Source of the DNA: Saprospiraceae bacterium
GTDB taxonomy: Bacteria; Bacteroidota; Bacteroidia; Chitinophagales; Saprospiraceae
Length of the DNA: 64,000 nucleotides
Assembly (NCBI GenBank): GCA_049306275.1
Contig: JBAQQB010000197.1
Span: 58,601 to 122,600, forward strand
Direction: 5' to 3'
Shown here: positions 37,490 through 46,013 of the stretch, piece after piece
Numbering within the stretch: the first letter of the stretch is position 1
How the letters are laid out: each line of letters starts with the position of its first letter
Program-made: the position numbers and the translations under genes
The notes under the pieces: generated by a model
The model's database searches: none
The model's input: only the letters and a program-made list of their open reading frames with translations
Told to the model about the DNA's origin: nothing

Positions 37490-37553
37490 GTTTATGAGTT
37501 TACAGGGTCAGGAGTTTATTCATCACAACTCCTACCCCTATAAACTCATAAAC
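37490..37553 (+). repeat. 26-bp imperfect hairpin between mutL and the first rhomboid gene
   Basis: GTTTATGAGTTTACAGGGTCAGGAGT (37490-37515) pairs with ACTCCTACCCCTATAAACTCATAAAC (37528-37553) at 23 of 26 positions; 12-nt loop. Starts 2 nt after the mutL stop. Shares GTTTATGAG / AAACTCATA words with the 3734 hairpin. Confidence 0.8.
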
Positions 37554-37573
37554 ATATAAACTTCAAAAGAAGT

Positions 37574-38236
37574 ATGTATCGCATCACCGACACGGTCAAA
37601 CATCTGCTGATCATCAATGTGCTGGTATTTTTGGGCTCCATGTTGCTGGGGTCGCCGGGGGAAGACGTCATGATGTCGCTCATCAACGAGCGGAGCAATT
37701 TGTTTGCCGACTGGGGCCGCTACCGGCTTGCGATGTTCTTTCCGACATCCGACTACTTCCATCCATACCAGATCGTGACCCACATGTTCATGCACGCCGA
37801 TGTGGGGCATTTGTTCTTCAATATGTTCGGCCTTTTCATGTTTGGGCCTCCGCTGGAGTCAGTTTGGGGGCCGAAGCGGTTTTTGAGTTACTACCTGATC
37901 ACGGGATTCGGCGCCCTGGGCTTGCACCTGGTCGCCACCTACATGGAAATCCAGATGATGGGCGGATCGTCTTACCTGGTCAACGTGCCGATGCTGGGGG
38001 CGTCGGGGGCCATATTCGGTTTGCTGGCCGGTTTCGGGATGTTGTTCCCCAATGCGACCATCATGCTGTTGTTTCCCCCTATCCCGCTCAAGGCGAAGTA
38101 TTTCGTGTTGATCTATGCGGTGATCGAGTTATTTTTGGGGGTCAGCAACTTCACGGCCGGGGTTGCGCACTTCGCGCACGTGGGCGGGGCCTTGTTCGGG
38201 GTGCTGCTCATTCTGTATTGGAGGTACAAGCGTTGA
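37574..38236 (+). CDS. Rhomboid family intramembrane serine protease
   Basis: 220 aa. GASGAIFG (GxSG) and HFAHVGGALFG motifs; six TM segments. Confidence 0.88.
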   Translation: MYRITDTVKHLLIINVLVFLGSMLLGSPGEDVMMSLINERSNLFADWGRYRLAMFFPTSDYFHPYQIVTHMFMHADVGHLFFNMFGLFMFGPPLESVWGPKRFLSYYLITGFGALGLHLVATYMEIQMMGGSSYLVNVPMLGASGAIFGLLAGFGMLFPNATIMLLFPPIPLKAKYFVLIYAVIELFLGVSNFTAGVAHFAHVGGALFGVLLILYWRYKR

Positions 38237-38302
38237 GCGAGGCGGTTGAATTTGAGCGCATAAGGTATTAATTTTGGGCCACGGAGGTTCCCGGTAAAAA
38301 AG

Positions 38303-39268
38303 TTGCACATGTTTCAATCGATTTGGGCTGATGTCAAGCAAGCATTCCGCCAGGGGAATATGGTGACCCGGCTGATGCTGGTCAACGTTGCGATATTCGT
38401 AGCGGTGAACCTGGTCAAGCTGTTCATGACGGTTTTCGGAGGGTTTCAGGCAGGCGCGCACGAGCGGTTCGTCGAGTTCATGAAGCTGTTTTCCCTTTCG
38501 AGCAGCCTGACCTACAACCTGACGCACCCCTGGGTCATTTTCACCAGCATGTTTTTGCATGAAAACATCTTTCATGCCCTTTTCAACGTCCTCTTCCTGA
38601 TGTGGTTTGGCCGGATTGTGGGCGACCTGATCGGCGACCGGCGTATCCTGCCGCTCTATTTGCTGGCCGGTTTGGCCGGCGCCTTCCTGTACATCGCCAC
38701 GGCACGCTGGATCTATCCGGGCGAAAGTTATGCTTATGGCGCTTCCGGTGCGGTAATGGGCATCGTGCTCGCCGCAGGGGTGCTGGCGCCCGACTACATC
38801 ATGCGCCTTATCATCATCGGAGATGTGAAGTTGAAATACATCGTCATATTCCTCCTTCTTCTCGACATTATAGGCCTGGCGAACATGAGCAATACCGGCG
38901 GCCATCTGGTGCACCTGGGCGGCGCAGCTATGGGATTTTTCTTTATCCGCCAAATGCAGGAAGGGCGCGATTGGTCGAAGCCAGTCAACCAATTGCTCGA
39001 CAACATTGCCGACTTCATCAAACGCCTGTTTAGCGGAACCAGATCCCGGCCCAAGGTCGTTTACAGAAGCCCGAACCTGAAAAAAGAAAAGGTCGAAAGC
39101 CAGGGCGGAAGCAAAACCAAGGCCTCCCGGAAAGGCAGTAATGCCAGCGATCTGTCGCACCAGGAACAGCTCGACGCCATTCTCGACAAGATCAAACAAT
39201 CGGGCTATGAAAGCCTGACGGCGGAAGAAAAGGAATTCCTCTTCAACGCCAGCAAGAAGCGCGAGTAA
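38303..39268 (+). CDS. Rhomboid family intramembrane serine protease with basic C-terminal tail
   Basis: 321 aa. GASGAVMG and HLVHLGGAAMG motifs, plus an extra soluble C-terminal region. Confidence 0.85.
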   Translation: MHMFQSIWADVKQAFRQGNMVTRLMLVNVAIFVAVNLVKLFMTVFGGFQAGAHERFVEFMKLFSLSSSLTYNLTHPWVIFTSMFLHENIFHALFNVLFLMWFGRIVGDLIGDRRILPLYLLAGLAGAFLYIATARWIYPGESYAYGASGAVMGIVLAAGVLAPDYIMRLIIIGDVKLKYIVIFLLLLDIIGLANMSNTGGHLVHLGGAAMGFFFIRQMQEGRDWSKPVNQLLDNIADFIKRLFSGTRSRPKVVYRSPNLKKEKVESQGGSKTKASRKGSNASDLSHQEQLDAILDKIKQSGYESLTAEEKEFLFNASKKRE

Positions 39269-39269
39269 C

Positions 39270-40340
39270 ATGCAGAAATCCCTGCTGAACAAACTTTTCC
39301 GCTGGGGTAACGTCGTTTTGATCCTTTTTACCTTGCTGGTCTACCTCGTTCCCCAGGTGCATCCCAAGACCTTCTGGCCCATGGCCCTGCTTGGTCCTTC
39401 CTATCCTTGGCTCTTGCTCGCCCACGCCGTCTTCATCGGCTTCTGGATCGTGGCCCGCAAAGCCTACTTCCTGATGTCGCTGACCTGTGTGGCGCTGGGC
39501 TGGGCCTTTTTCTCCGCCACTTTCTCCTTCAAACTGCCGCGATCTGGAGAGGATGCCGATTTCAGGGCGATGAGCTACAACGTCAACATGCTCCAGATGA
39601 TCATGGGCAACGACGAAGAGTTGGCGGCGAAGAAACAGGCGGCTTTTTCCAGCTTCATGGCTTCAGTTGAGCCGCTGGATGTGCTGTGCACCCAGGATTG
39701 CTCGAAAAAGTTCTCCAACTGGCTGGAAAGGCGGCTCAAATTTCCCCATTCCTATAATGTACTGGGCACATCCATCCTGAGCCGGCACCCCTTCCTGGCC
39801 ACAGGCGTCATCGAATTCGAGGAGTCGACCAATTCGGTCGTATGGGCAGATATTGAGGTAAAGGGACAAAGACTCCGGGTCTTCAGCGTGCACCTGCAAT
39901 CCAACAGCATTACGACAGATGCGGCACGGCTCAAGAATAGCGGCGACCTGCAGGATCGCGAAACCTGGGTTGGAGTCAAGGGTATTTTGCGCAAATACCG
40001 GAATGCCACCAAAAAGCGGTCGGATCAGGTGGAGCTGCTTGCCGGCCATATCAGCCAAAGTCCTTACCCGGTTGTGGTATGCGGCGATTTCAACGACACG
40101 CCGGTCTCGTTCGTTTACCGCTACATGATGGAAACGGTCAAGCTGAAAGACAGTTTCAAAGAGGCGGGCTCAGGGGCCGGCTTTACATACGGAGGCATCC
40201 TTCCCGCTCTCCGCATCGACTACATATTCACCGACCCCGGGCTGACCGTGCTCAACCACGACCGGTTCAAAAAGCCCTATTCCGACCATTTTCCCGTGCT
40301 TTGTGAAATCGATATCTTACCTTTGCGGCCTGAAAAATGA
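39270..40340 (+). CDS. Membrane-anchored endonuclease/exonuclease/phosphatase (EEP) family protein
   Basis: 356 aa. N-terminal TM segments, EEP C-terminal motif YSDHFPVLCEI. Begins 1 nt after the rhomboid stop. Confidence 0.8.
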   Translation: MQKSLLNKLFRWGNVVLILFTLLVYLVPQVHPKTFWPMALLGPSYPWLLLAHAVFIGFWIVARKAYFLMSLTCVALGWAFFSATFSFKLPRSGEDADFRAMSYNVNMLQMIMGNDEELAAKKQAAFSSFMASVEPLDVLCTQDCSKKFSNWLERRLKFPHSYNVLGTSILSRHPFLATGVIEFEESTNSVVWADIEVKGQRLRVFSVHLQSNSITTDAARLKNSGDLQDRETWVGVKGILRKYRNATKKRSDQVELLAGHISQSPYPVVVCGDFNDTPVSFVYRYMMETVKLKDSFKEAGSGAGFTYGGILPALRIDYIFTDPGLTVLNHDRFKKPYSDHFPVLCEIDILPLRPEK

Positions 40341-41851
40341 ACTTGATGAGAACAGAACTTCGCGTTTTCAACACCCTGACTGATCAGAAGGAACTTTTCG
40401 AGCCCCTGCACGAAGGCCACGTGGGTATGTACGTGTGCGGGCCCACCGTATACAGCGATGTGCATCTGGGCAATTGCCGCACATTCATCAGCTTCGACAT
40501 CATCTTCCGCTACCTGACGCACCTGGGCTACAAAGTGCGCTACGTGCGCAACATCACCGACGTGGGCCACCTGGAAGGCGATGCCGACACCGACGCGGAG
40601 GACAAGATTGCCAAGAAGGCCCGCTTGGAGGAACTGGAGCCTATGGAGATCGTGCAGCGGTATTCCAACGGCTTTCACGACATGATGCGCCTGTTCAACG
40701 TGTTGCCGCCCAGCATAGAGCCGCGCGCTACGGGGCATATCATCGAGCAGATCGAAATGGTGCAGGCCATCCTCGACAACGGCTATGCCTATGTGGAGAA
40801 CGGCTCGGTCTATTTCGATACCGTGAAGCTACTCAACGAGCGGCAGGGGGTGTATGGAAAATTGTCGGGAAAAAAGCCGGAAGATCTTTTGTCTGATACT
40901 CGCGACAACCTGAAGAAGCAGGACGAAAAACACAGTCCCATAGACTTTGCCATCTGGATCAAGGCCGATCCCTCCCACCTGATGCGCTGGAACTCGCCCT
41001 GGTCGGTCGGTTTTCCGGGCTGGCACCTGGAGTGCTCGGCGATGAGCACCAAATACCTCGGGAAGACCTTCGACATCCACGGCGGGGGCTACGACCTGAA
41101 GTTTCCGCACCACGAAAACGAGATCGCCCAGAGCCACGGGGCTTGCAGTTGCTCCCCTGCCCGCTACTGGCTGCACGGCAATATGCTCATGCTCAACGGC
41201 AGCAAGATGTCGAAGAGCACGGGCAATACCATTACGCCGGTGCAATTGCTCACGGGCGACAGTCCGCACGTCAGCAAGGGGTACAGCCCGATGGTGGTGC
41301 GTTTCTTCATGTTGCAATCTCACTACCGCAGTACGCTCGACATGACCGATGAGGCGCTACAGGCGGCCGAAAAAGGCTATCGCCGGATGATGGAGGCCCA
41401 TGCGACGCTTCAGGCCTTGCAGCACCCGGGCGGGGGCAAGTCGGGGGCTCTCGACCAGGAGATCAAGGATCTGATCGATGCGGTCTATGACGAGATGAAC
41501 GACGATTTCAACACGCCCCGTGCGCTGGCGCGCCTGTTCGAGCTCGTCACGAAGATCAACGCGCTCAAGGGCGGGCAGCTATCCTTTGCCGAGGTGCTGC
41601 CGGAGACCCTGGAGCAGCTGAAGCATACCTTCCACACGTTCCTTTTCGATGTATTCGGCCTCAGGGACGAAGCGGCTTCCGACAGCAATACCGAGCTGCT
41701 CGACGGCCTGATGCAGCTCATCATCGAAATGCGCAAGGAAGCGCGGGAGCGCAAGGACTGGCCGACCTCCGACAAGATCCGCGATGCCCTGAAGGAGTTG
41801 CATGTACAGCTGAAGGATGGGAAGGAAGGGACTACGTGGGGTGTGGAGTAG
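40337..41851 (+). CDS. cysS: Cysteine--tRNA ligase
   Basis: 504 aa. YVCGPTVYSDVHLGNCRT (HIGH-type) and GSKMSKSTGN (KMSKS). ATGA overlap with the EEP gene. Confidence 0.95.
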   Translation: MNLMRTELRVFNTLTDQKELFEPLHEGHVGMYVCGPTVYSDVHLGNCRTFISFDIIFRYLTHLGYKVRYVRNITDVGHLEGDADTDAEDKIAKKARLEELEPMEIVQRYSNGFHDMMRLFNVLPPSIEPRATGHIIEQIEMVQAILDNGYAYVENGSVYFDTVKLLNERQGVYGKLSGKKPEDLLSDTRDNLKKQDEKHSPIDFAIWIKADPSHLMRWNSPWSVGFPGWHLECSAMSTKYLGKTFDIHGGGYDLKFPHHENEIAQSHGACSCSPARYWLHGNMLMLNGSKMSKSTGNTITPVQLLTGDSPHVSKGYSPMVVRFFMLQSHYRSTLDMTDEALQAAEKGYRRMMEAHATLQALQHPGGGKSGALDQEIKDLIDAVYDEMNDDFNTPRALARLFELVTKINALKGGQLSFAEVLPETLEQLKHTFHTFLFDVFGLRDEAASDSNTELLDGLMQLIIEMRKEARERKDWPTSDKIRDALKELHVQLKDGKEGTTWGVE

Positions 41852-41976
41852 CAAGCATTAAATTGTTGGTTGTCAACAGGCTAGTTTTTTCTCTTTGGGA
41901 GCAAGGGGGAGATGTTCTTTGTTTTTGTTGGAGGAAATATGCACTTTGACAAGGTTCTTACCGCAGTTATTTTTGG

Positions 41977-42010
41977 GACGCGGATGACGCGGGTGCTTCG
42001 CAACGCGGAT
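41977..42010. repeat. Left arm of the 34-bp inverted repeat flanking the GxxExxY gene
   Basis: GACGCGGATGACGCGGGTGCTTCGCAACGCGGAT. Reverse-complementary to 42427-42460 at 31 of 34 positions; the inner 17 bp are perfect. Confidence 0.9.
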
Positions 42011-42036
42011 TTTGAATTGGAAAAGCTGTGAGGAGA

Positions 42037-42426
42037 ATGGATTTGCTACATAGAGATTTGACGGAAGGGATACTGAAGGCCTTTTTTGCGGTTTACAATG
42101 AACTCGGTTTTGGCTTTCTGGAAAGGGTATACCAAAATGCCTTATTCCTGGAATTAAAGGCTAGAGGATATGAGGTTGAGGTTCAAAAACCTATTCGTGT
42201 CATATATAAAGGCGTGCATGTTGGAGAGTACTATGCAGATATGGTTGTGAATGGACAGGTAATTCTGGAACTCAAGGCTGCATCTGCCATTATTCCGGAA
42301 TTTGAAAACCAGTTAGTGAACTACCACAGAGGAACGGAAATAGAAGTTGGATTGCTCCTGAATTTTGGGAAGAGCCCGCAGTTTAAAAGGAGAGTATTCG
42401 AAAATATAAGGAAAAGCCTTCGGTAG
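42037..42426 (+). CDS. GxxExxY protein (PD-(D/E)XK nuclease-like superfamily)
   Basis: 129 aa from ATG 42037. GFLERVY matches GxxExxY, followed by a YYADMVV...ILELK core. Visibly lower GC than its neighbours. Confidence 0.85.
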   Translation: MDLLHRDLTEGILKAFFAVYNELGFGFLERVYQNALFLELKARGYEVEVQKPIRVIYKGVHVGEYYADMVVNGQVILELKAASAIIPEFENQLVNYHRGTEIEVGLLLNFGKSPQFKRRVFENIRKSLR

Positions 42427-42460
42427 ATCCGCGTTGCGAAGCATCCGCGTTATCCGCGTG
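42427..42460. repeat. Right arm of the 34-bp inverted repeat flanking the GxxExxY gene
   Basis: ATCCGCGTTGCGAAGCATCCGCGTTATCCGCGTG begins on the base after the TAG stop (42424-42426). Confidence 0.9.
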
Positions 42461-42469
42461 CAAAAAATA

Positions 42470-43000
42470 TCAAGTTCTGTATAACATCCACTGCCAGATA
42501 TCCCCGTCGTCGGGGTCGAAGAGTTCGGCGGTTTTATGCAGGCCGCATTTTCGCAGTACACTGCAGGACGGGTTTAAGTGCGCCAGGGTGTGAGCCTTGA
42601 TGGCTTTCACCTCCGCAAACCCGAAAGCGTAGTCGATGAGGCCTTGGGCGAGCTCGGTAGCAAGCCCCAGGCCCCGGAATTCGCTCGTGATCTCATAACC
42701 GATCTCCACGATGCCATCCTTGTCGGGCGGACCCTTGTAGCCACAACTGCCGATGAGCACTTTTTCCTGTTTCAGGATGGGAAGGTAGGTCCACCAAATC
42801 ACCTCATCCGGGTTTTCTCTTACTCTTTCAAGAGAGAAGCGGAAAATAGGGTCGCCATATTCTGTCCAGAGGAGTGGCACCCTGACGCCGAGCAACTTCC
42901 CCAGAGATTTGTCGCCCCGCAAAACGGCTTCCAGCACGGGCTGGGTACCGAGCACCAGGAACATCCGCGACGTTTCGATAAAAGGGAATTCCATCCGCAT
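42470..43000 (-). CDS. GNAT family N-acetyltransferase (RimJ/RimL-like)
   Basis: Start placed at ATG 43000 (MRMEFPFIETSRMFL); the ORF is open to 43063. FRGLGLATELAQGLIDYAF acetyl-CoA motif. Confidence 0.75.
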   Translation of the reverse strand: MRMEFPFIETSRMFLVLGTQPVLEAVLRGDKSLGKLLGVRVPLLWTEYGDPIFRFSLERVRENPDEVIWWTYLPILKQEKVLIGSCGYKGPPDKDGIVEIGYEITSEFRGLGLATELAQGLIDYAFGFAEVKAIKAHTLAHLNPSCSVLRKCGLHKTAELFDPDDGDIWQWMLYRT

Positions 43001-43073
43001 GCGATTTTTGAGATCAGTGCTTTCAACCCCAAATATAACATTCGGCAAACGGCTCCCAAGCATTTTAGAAAAT

Positions 43074-44024
43074 TTAAAAATCGCCGCCGGCGTATATTTT
43101 TCGCACCTTGTAAGGCCTTTTTTGTTGTGACTCGTAATACGTTCGCATCTGGATTTCTATGACGAATCCGATGGTGATGAGTTGTATGCCGGCAATGACG
43201 AGCATGAGCCCCAGTATCAGCAGAGGTTTGCCCCAGATATCCTGTCCCAGCACAATTTTCAGGAAGCCGAGGTAGAGGTTGATCAGGGCGCCGAAGGCGA
43301 AGAGCAGCAGGCCCGCGTTGCCAAAGAGGTGCATGGGCTTTTGGAGGTATTTTTTTAGAAAAAGCATGAAGAGCAGGTCGCTCATCACCTTGAAGGTCCG
43401 GCTCAGGCCGTATTTCGATTGGCCGTGCTCGCGGGGGTGGTGCCGCACATCAACCTGCGCGATGCGCGCGCCTTCGAGCGAGGCGAGCACGGGAATGAAG
43501 CGGTGCAGTTCGCCATAGAGCCCCAGGTCTTTTGCGAGTTCGGCGCGGAAGACCTTCAGAGCGCAGCCGTAATCTTTGAGGTAGACGCCGGAAGCTTTGC
43601 GGATCATGCGGTTGGCGATGCGGCTGGGCAACTTTCGCAGCAAAAAGCCGTCTTTGCGGTTGGCTCGGTTGCCGGCTACCATGTCCCAGCCTTCCGATTC
43701 AGCTTTTTCAAGCATGAGGGGGATATCGGCGGGGTCGTTTTGGAGGTCGCCGTCCATGGTGGCGATATACTCTCCCCTGGCGTGGTCGATACCTGCCATG
43801 AGGGCCAGGCTCTGGCCATAGTTTTTCCGGAATTCGATGATGCTGAGGCGCTCGTTCCGGATGGCGCGGAGGTTTTTGAGGGTATCGTCGCGTGAACCGT
43901 CGTCGACGTAGATCAGTTCATACTCAATACCCGCCATGGCCGCTTCGATGCGGGAAACGAGCGGGGCGATGTTATCGGCTTCGTTGTATACGGTTACGAC
44001 GACAGATATTTTTGGCATTTTCAT
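43074..44024 (-). CDS. Polyprenol-phosphate glycosyltransferase, GT2 (GtrB/ArnC-like)
   Basis: Start at ATG 44024 (MKMPKISVVVTVYNE). YVDDGSRDDT and MDGDLQNDP motifs; two C-terminal TM helices. Confidence 0.85.
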   Translation of the reverse strand: MKMPKISVVVTVYNEADNIAPLVSRIEAAMAGIEYELIYVDDGSRDDTLKNLRAIRNERLSIIEFRKNYGQSLALMAGIDHARGEYIATMDGDLQNDPADIPLMLEKAESEGWDMVAGNRANRKDGFLLRKLPSRIANRMIRKASGVYLKDYGCALKVFRAELAKDLGLYGELHRFIPVLASLEGARIAQVDVRHHPREHGQSKYGLSRTFKVMSDLLFMLFLKKYLQKPMHLFGNAGLLLFAFGALINLYLGFLKIVLGQDIWGKPLLILGLMLVIAGIQLITIGFVIEIQMRTYYESQQKRPYKVRKIYAGGDF

Positions 44025-44067
44025 GGGCACAAAGGTAAGCGATTGACAGGAGCTGGGAAACAAACCT

Positions 44068-44075
44068 TATATTTG
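44068..44075 (+). promoter_or_regulatory. TAnnTTTG motif (TATATTTG) upstream of moxR
   Basis: Exact consensus match 54 nt upstream of ATG 44129 in the divergent spacer with the GT2 gene. Confidence 0.45.
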
Positions 44076-44086
44076 CGCGTTCAAAA

Positions 44087-44114
44087 CTGAAGACTGAACA
44101 CTGAAATCTGAAAA
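44087..44114 (+). repeat. Four tandem heptamers CTGAAGA/CTGAACA/CTGAAAT/CTGAAAA in the moxR leader
   Basis: CTGAA recurs at 44087, 44094, 44101 and 44108 (period 7), between the TATATTTG motif (44068) and ATG 44129. No complementary arm is present. Confidence 0.8.
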
Positions 44115-44128
44115 CTCATAATAGTCTC

Positions 44129-45094
44129 ATGTCCCAATTTTCATCCGACGTACAAGCAGTAGACGCACTGGCGCAATCGTATCGCGACCTCAAGAGCGAG
44201 ATCGGCAAAGTCATCGTAGGCCAGCACGACGTTGTGCAGGCCGTTATCATATCCTTGTTCAGCAATGGGCATAGCCTGCTTGTGGGCGTGCCCGGCCTGG
44301 CGAAGACGCTGTTGGTGAGCACCATTGCCGAGGTGTTGGATCTCGACTTCAAGCGCATCCAGTTTACGCCCGACCTGATGCCTTCCGACATCACCGGATC
44401 GGAGGTGTTGGGCGAGGATCGCAGGTTCAAGTTCAACAAAGGCCCGCTGTTTGCCAATATCGTGCTGGCCGACGAGATCAACCGTACGCCGCCCAAAACC
44501 CAGGCCGCACTGCTGGAGGCCATGCAGGAGCGCTCCGTGACGGTAGCCGGCATGCGGCATATACTGCCGACTCCTTTTTTCGTGCTGGCTACGCAGAACC
44601 CTATCGAACAGGAAGGCACTTATCCGCTTCCGGAAGCCCAGCTCGACCGTTTCATGTTCAACATCCCGCTCGACTATCCCTCGTATGATGAAGAAATCGC
44701 CGTGGTAAAGGGCACGACCGGGGCAATTCAATACGAGCTCAAGCACGTACTCACCGGTGAGCAGATCCTCGCCTTCCAGCAACTCGTGCGCCGCATTCCC
44801 ATTGCTGATAATGTGCTCGAATACGCCGTCAACCTGGCCACCCGCACGCGTCCCAACACGGCGCGAGCTACCGATATGGTCAATCAATACCTCTCCTGGG
44901 GCGCCGGCCCCCGCGCTTCTCAGTATCTGGTGCTGGGCGCCAAGTGCCATGCCGCTATCCAGGGAAAATACTCTCCCGACATTGAGGATGTGCAGGCCAT
45001 TGCCAAGTACGTGCTCCGCCACCGCATCGTGCGCAACTACAAGGCGGAAGCGGAGGGTATTACCGAGGAGAAGGTGATCGACAGCCTGGTTTAG
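44129..45094 (+). CDS. MoxR-family AAA+ ATPase
   Basis: 321 aa. Walker A GVPGLAKT, Walker B VLADEINR, ATQNPIEQEGTYPLPEAQLDRF. Confidence 0.9.
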   Translation: MSQFSSDVQAVDALAQSYRDLKSEIGKVIVGQHDVVQAVIISLFSNGHSLLVGVPGLAKTLLVSTIAEVLDLDFKRIQFTPDLMPSDITGSEVLGEDRRFKFNKGPLFANIVLADEINRTPPKTQAALLEAMQERSVTVAGMRHILPTPFFVLATQNPIEQEGTYPLPEAQLDRFMFNIPLDYPSYDEEIAVVKGTTGAIQYELKHVLTGEQILAFQQLVRRIPIADNVLEYAVNLATRTRPNTARATDMVNQYLSWGAGPRASQYLVLGAKCHAAIQGKYSPDIEDVQAIAKYVLRHRIVRNYKAEAEGITEEKVIDSLV

Positions 45095-46008
45095 CGCCTC
45101 TTTACAAAAGCGATATTGTCCGACTCAATACCCTGCTCGCGGAGATAGGCGGAGGCGCTGCCGATTGGCAGTAGCATGCCTTCATCATCGATGAGGTGAG
45201 GGGTGTAATGGAGTGTGTTGAGGAATGCTTCGGCTTTGACGTGCGCGGCGTTTCCTCTTTGTTCTGGCAGGTATTCCATGATTACGACCGGGGAATGGTT
45301 TTCCAGGAAGTTCTTCGCTCCGCTCACCACTTGAAATTCAGCCCCTTCTACATCTATTTTAATAATTGAGGGAATGGCTTCCTGTTCGGTCAGGAGGTTG
45401 TCCAGGGTATCGGCCTGTATCCTGATTTCTGTTGGCCGGTATTTTTCCAGCCAGGGCTTATCCCTGAATTGCGAGACGTCGATCGTATTGTACTCCGAAT
45501 AGAGGTTGGGGAATTCAAAGAAGGACAATTCGGTTGTTTGATCGGAAACGGCTTTGTTGATGGCCGTGATATTCGGTGTCCGGGAAGTATTTTTTTTCAG
45601 TACCTGGAAGGTCGACGGCGAAGCTTCAAAGGCCGTGACCCGGCCATTGCTGCCTACCAGCTGAGCAGCAAGGAGCGAAAAGTATCCGTAATGGGCGCCA
45701 ATGTCGAGGAAACTGTCATTGTGCCGCAAGTTTTGTATCAGGTACTTTGCAAGTCTGATCTCCGAGGGGTGCGACTTTCCACCTGTGAGGCAGATATCGG
45801 TGGCGGAAGGCAGCAGGATGCGCATCGGGAATCCAAAAAAGGTCGTGGCCTGCACCTCCTGGCTTTTCCTGGTTCTTCGGTAAATGATTTCCCTGAAAAA
45901 AATGGCCCGGAAGTATTTGACAGGATTGGCCAGCATTCTTTCCAATTTGGATGCTGAGGCGATTTTTTGCACCTTTTCAATGCCGGAAAGAAGTTCTTGT
46001 TGTGTCAT
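45091..46008 (-). CDS. FkbM family methyltransferase
   Basis: 305 aa. FLDIGAHYGYFS and IKIDVEGAE motifs. Confidence 0.8.
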   Translation of the reverse strand: MTQQELLSGIEKVQKIASASKLERMLANPVKYFRAIFFREIIYRRTRKSQEVQATTFFGFPMRILLPSATDICLTGGKSHPSEIRLAKYLIQNLRHNDSFLDIGAHYGYFSLLAAQLVGSNGRVTAFEASPSTFQVLKKNTSRTPNITAINKAVSDQTTELSFFEFPNLYSEYNTIDVSQFRDKPWLEKYRPTEIRIQADTLDNLLTEQEAIPSIIKIDVEGAEFQVVSGAKNFLENHSPVVIMEYLPEQRGNAAHVKAEAFLNTLHYTPHLIDDEGMLLPIGSASAYLREQGIESDNIAFVKRR

Positions 46009-46013
46009 GAGCG

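Noticed and set aside
38129-39292. 387-aa minus-strand ORF
   Set aside because: It is antisense to the second rhomboid gene, which has GxSG and H-x4-G motifs. No motif is recognisable in the antisense product.
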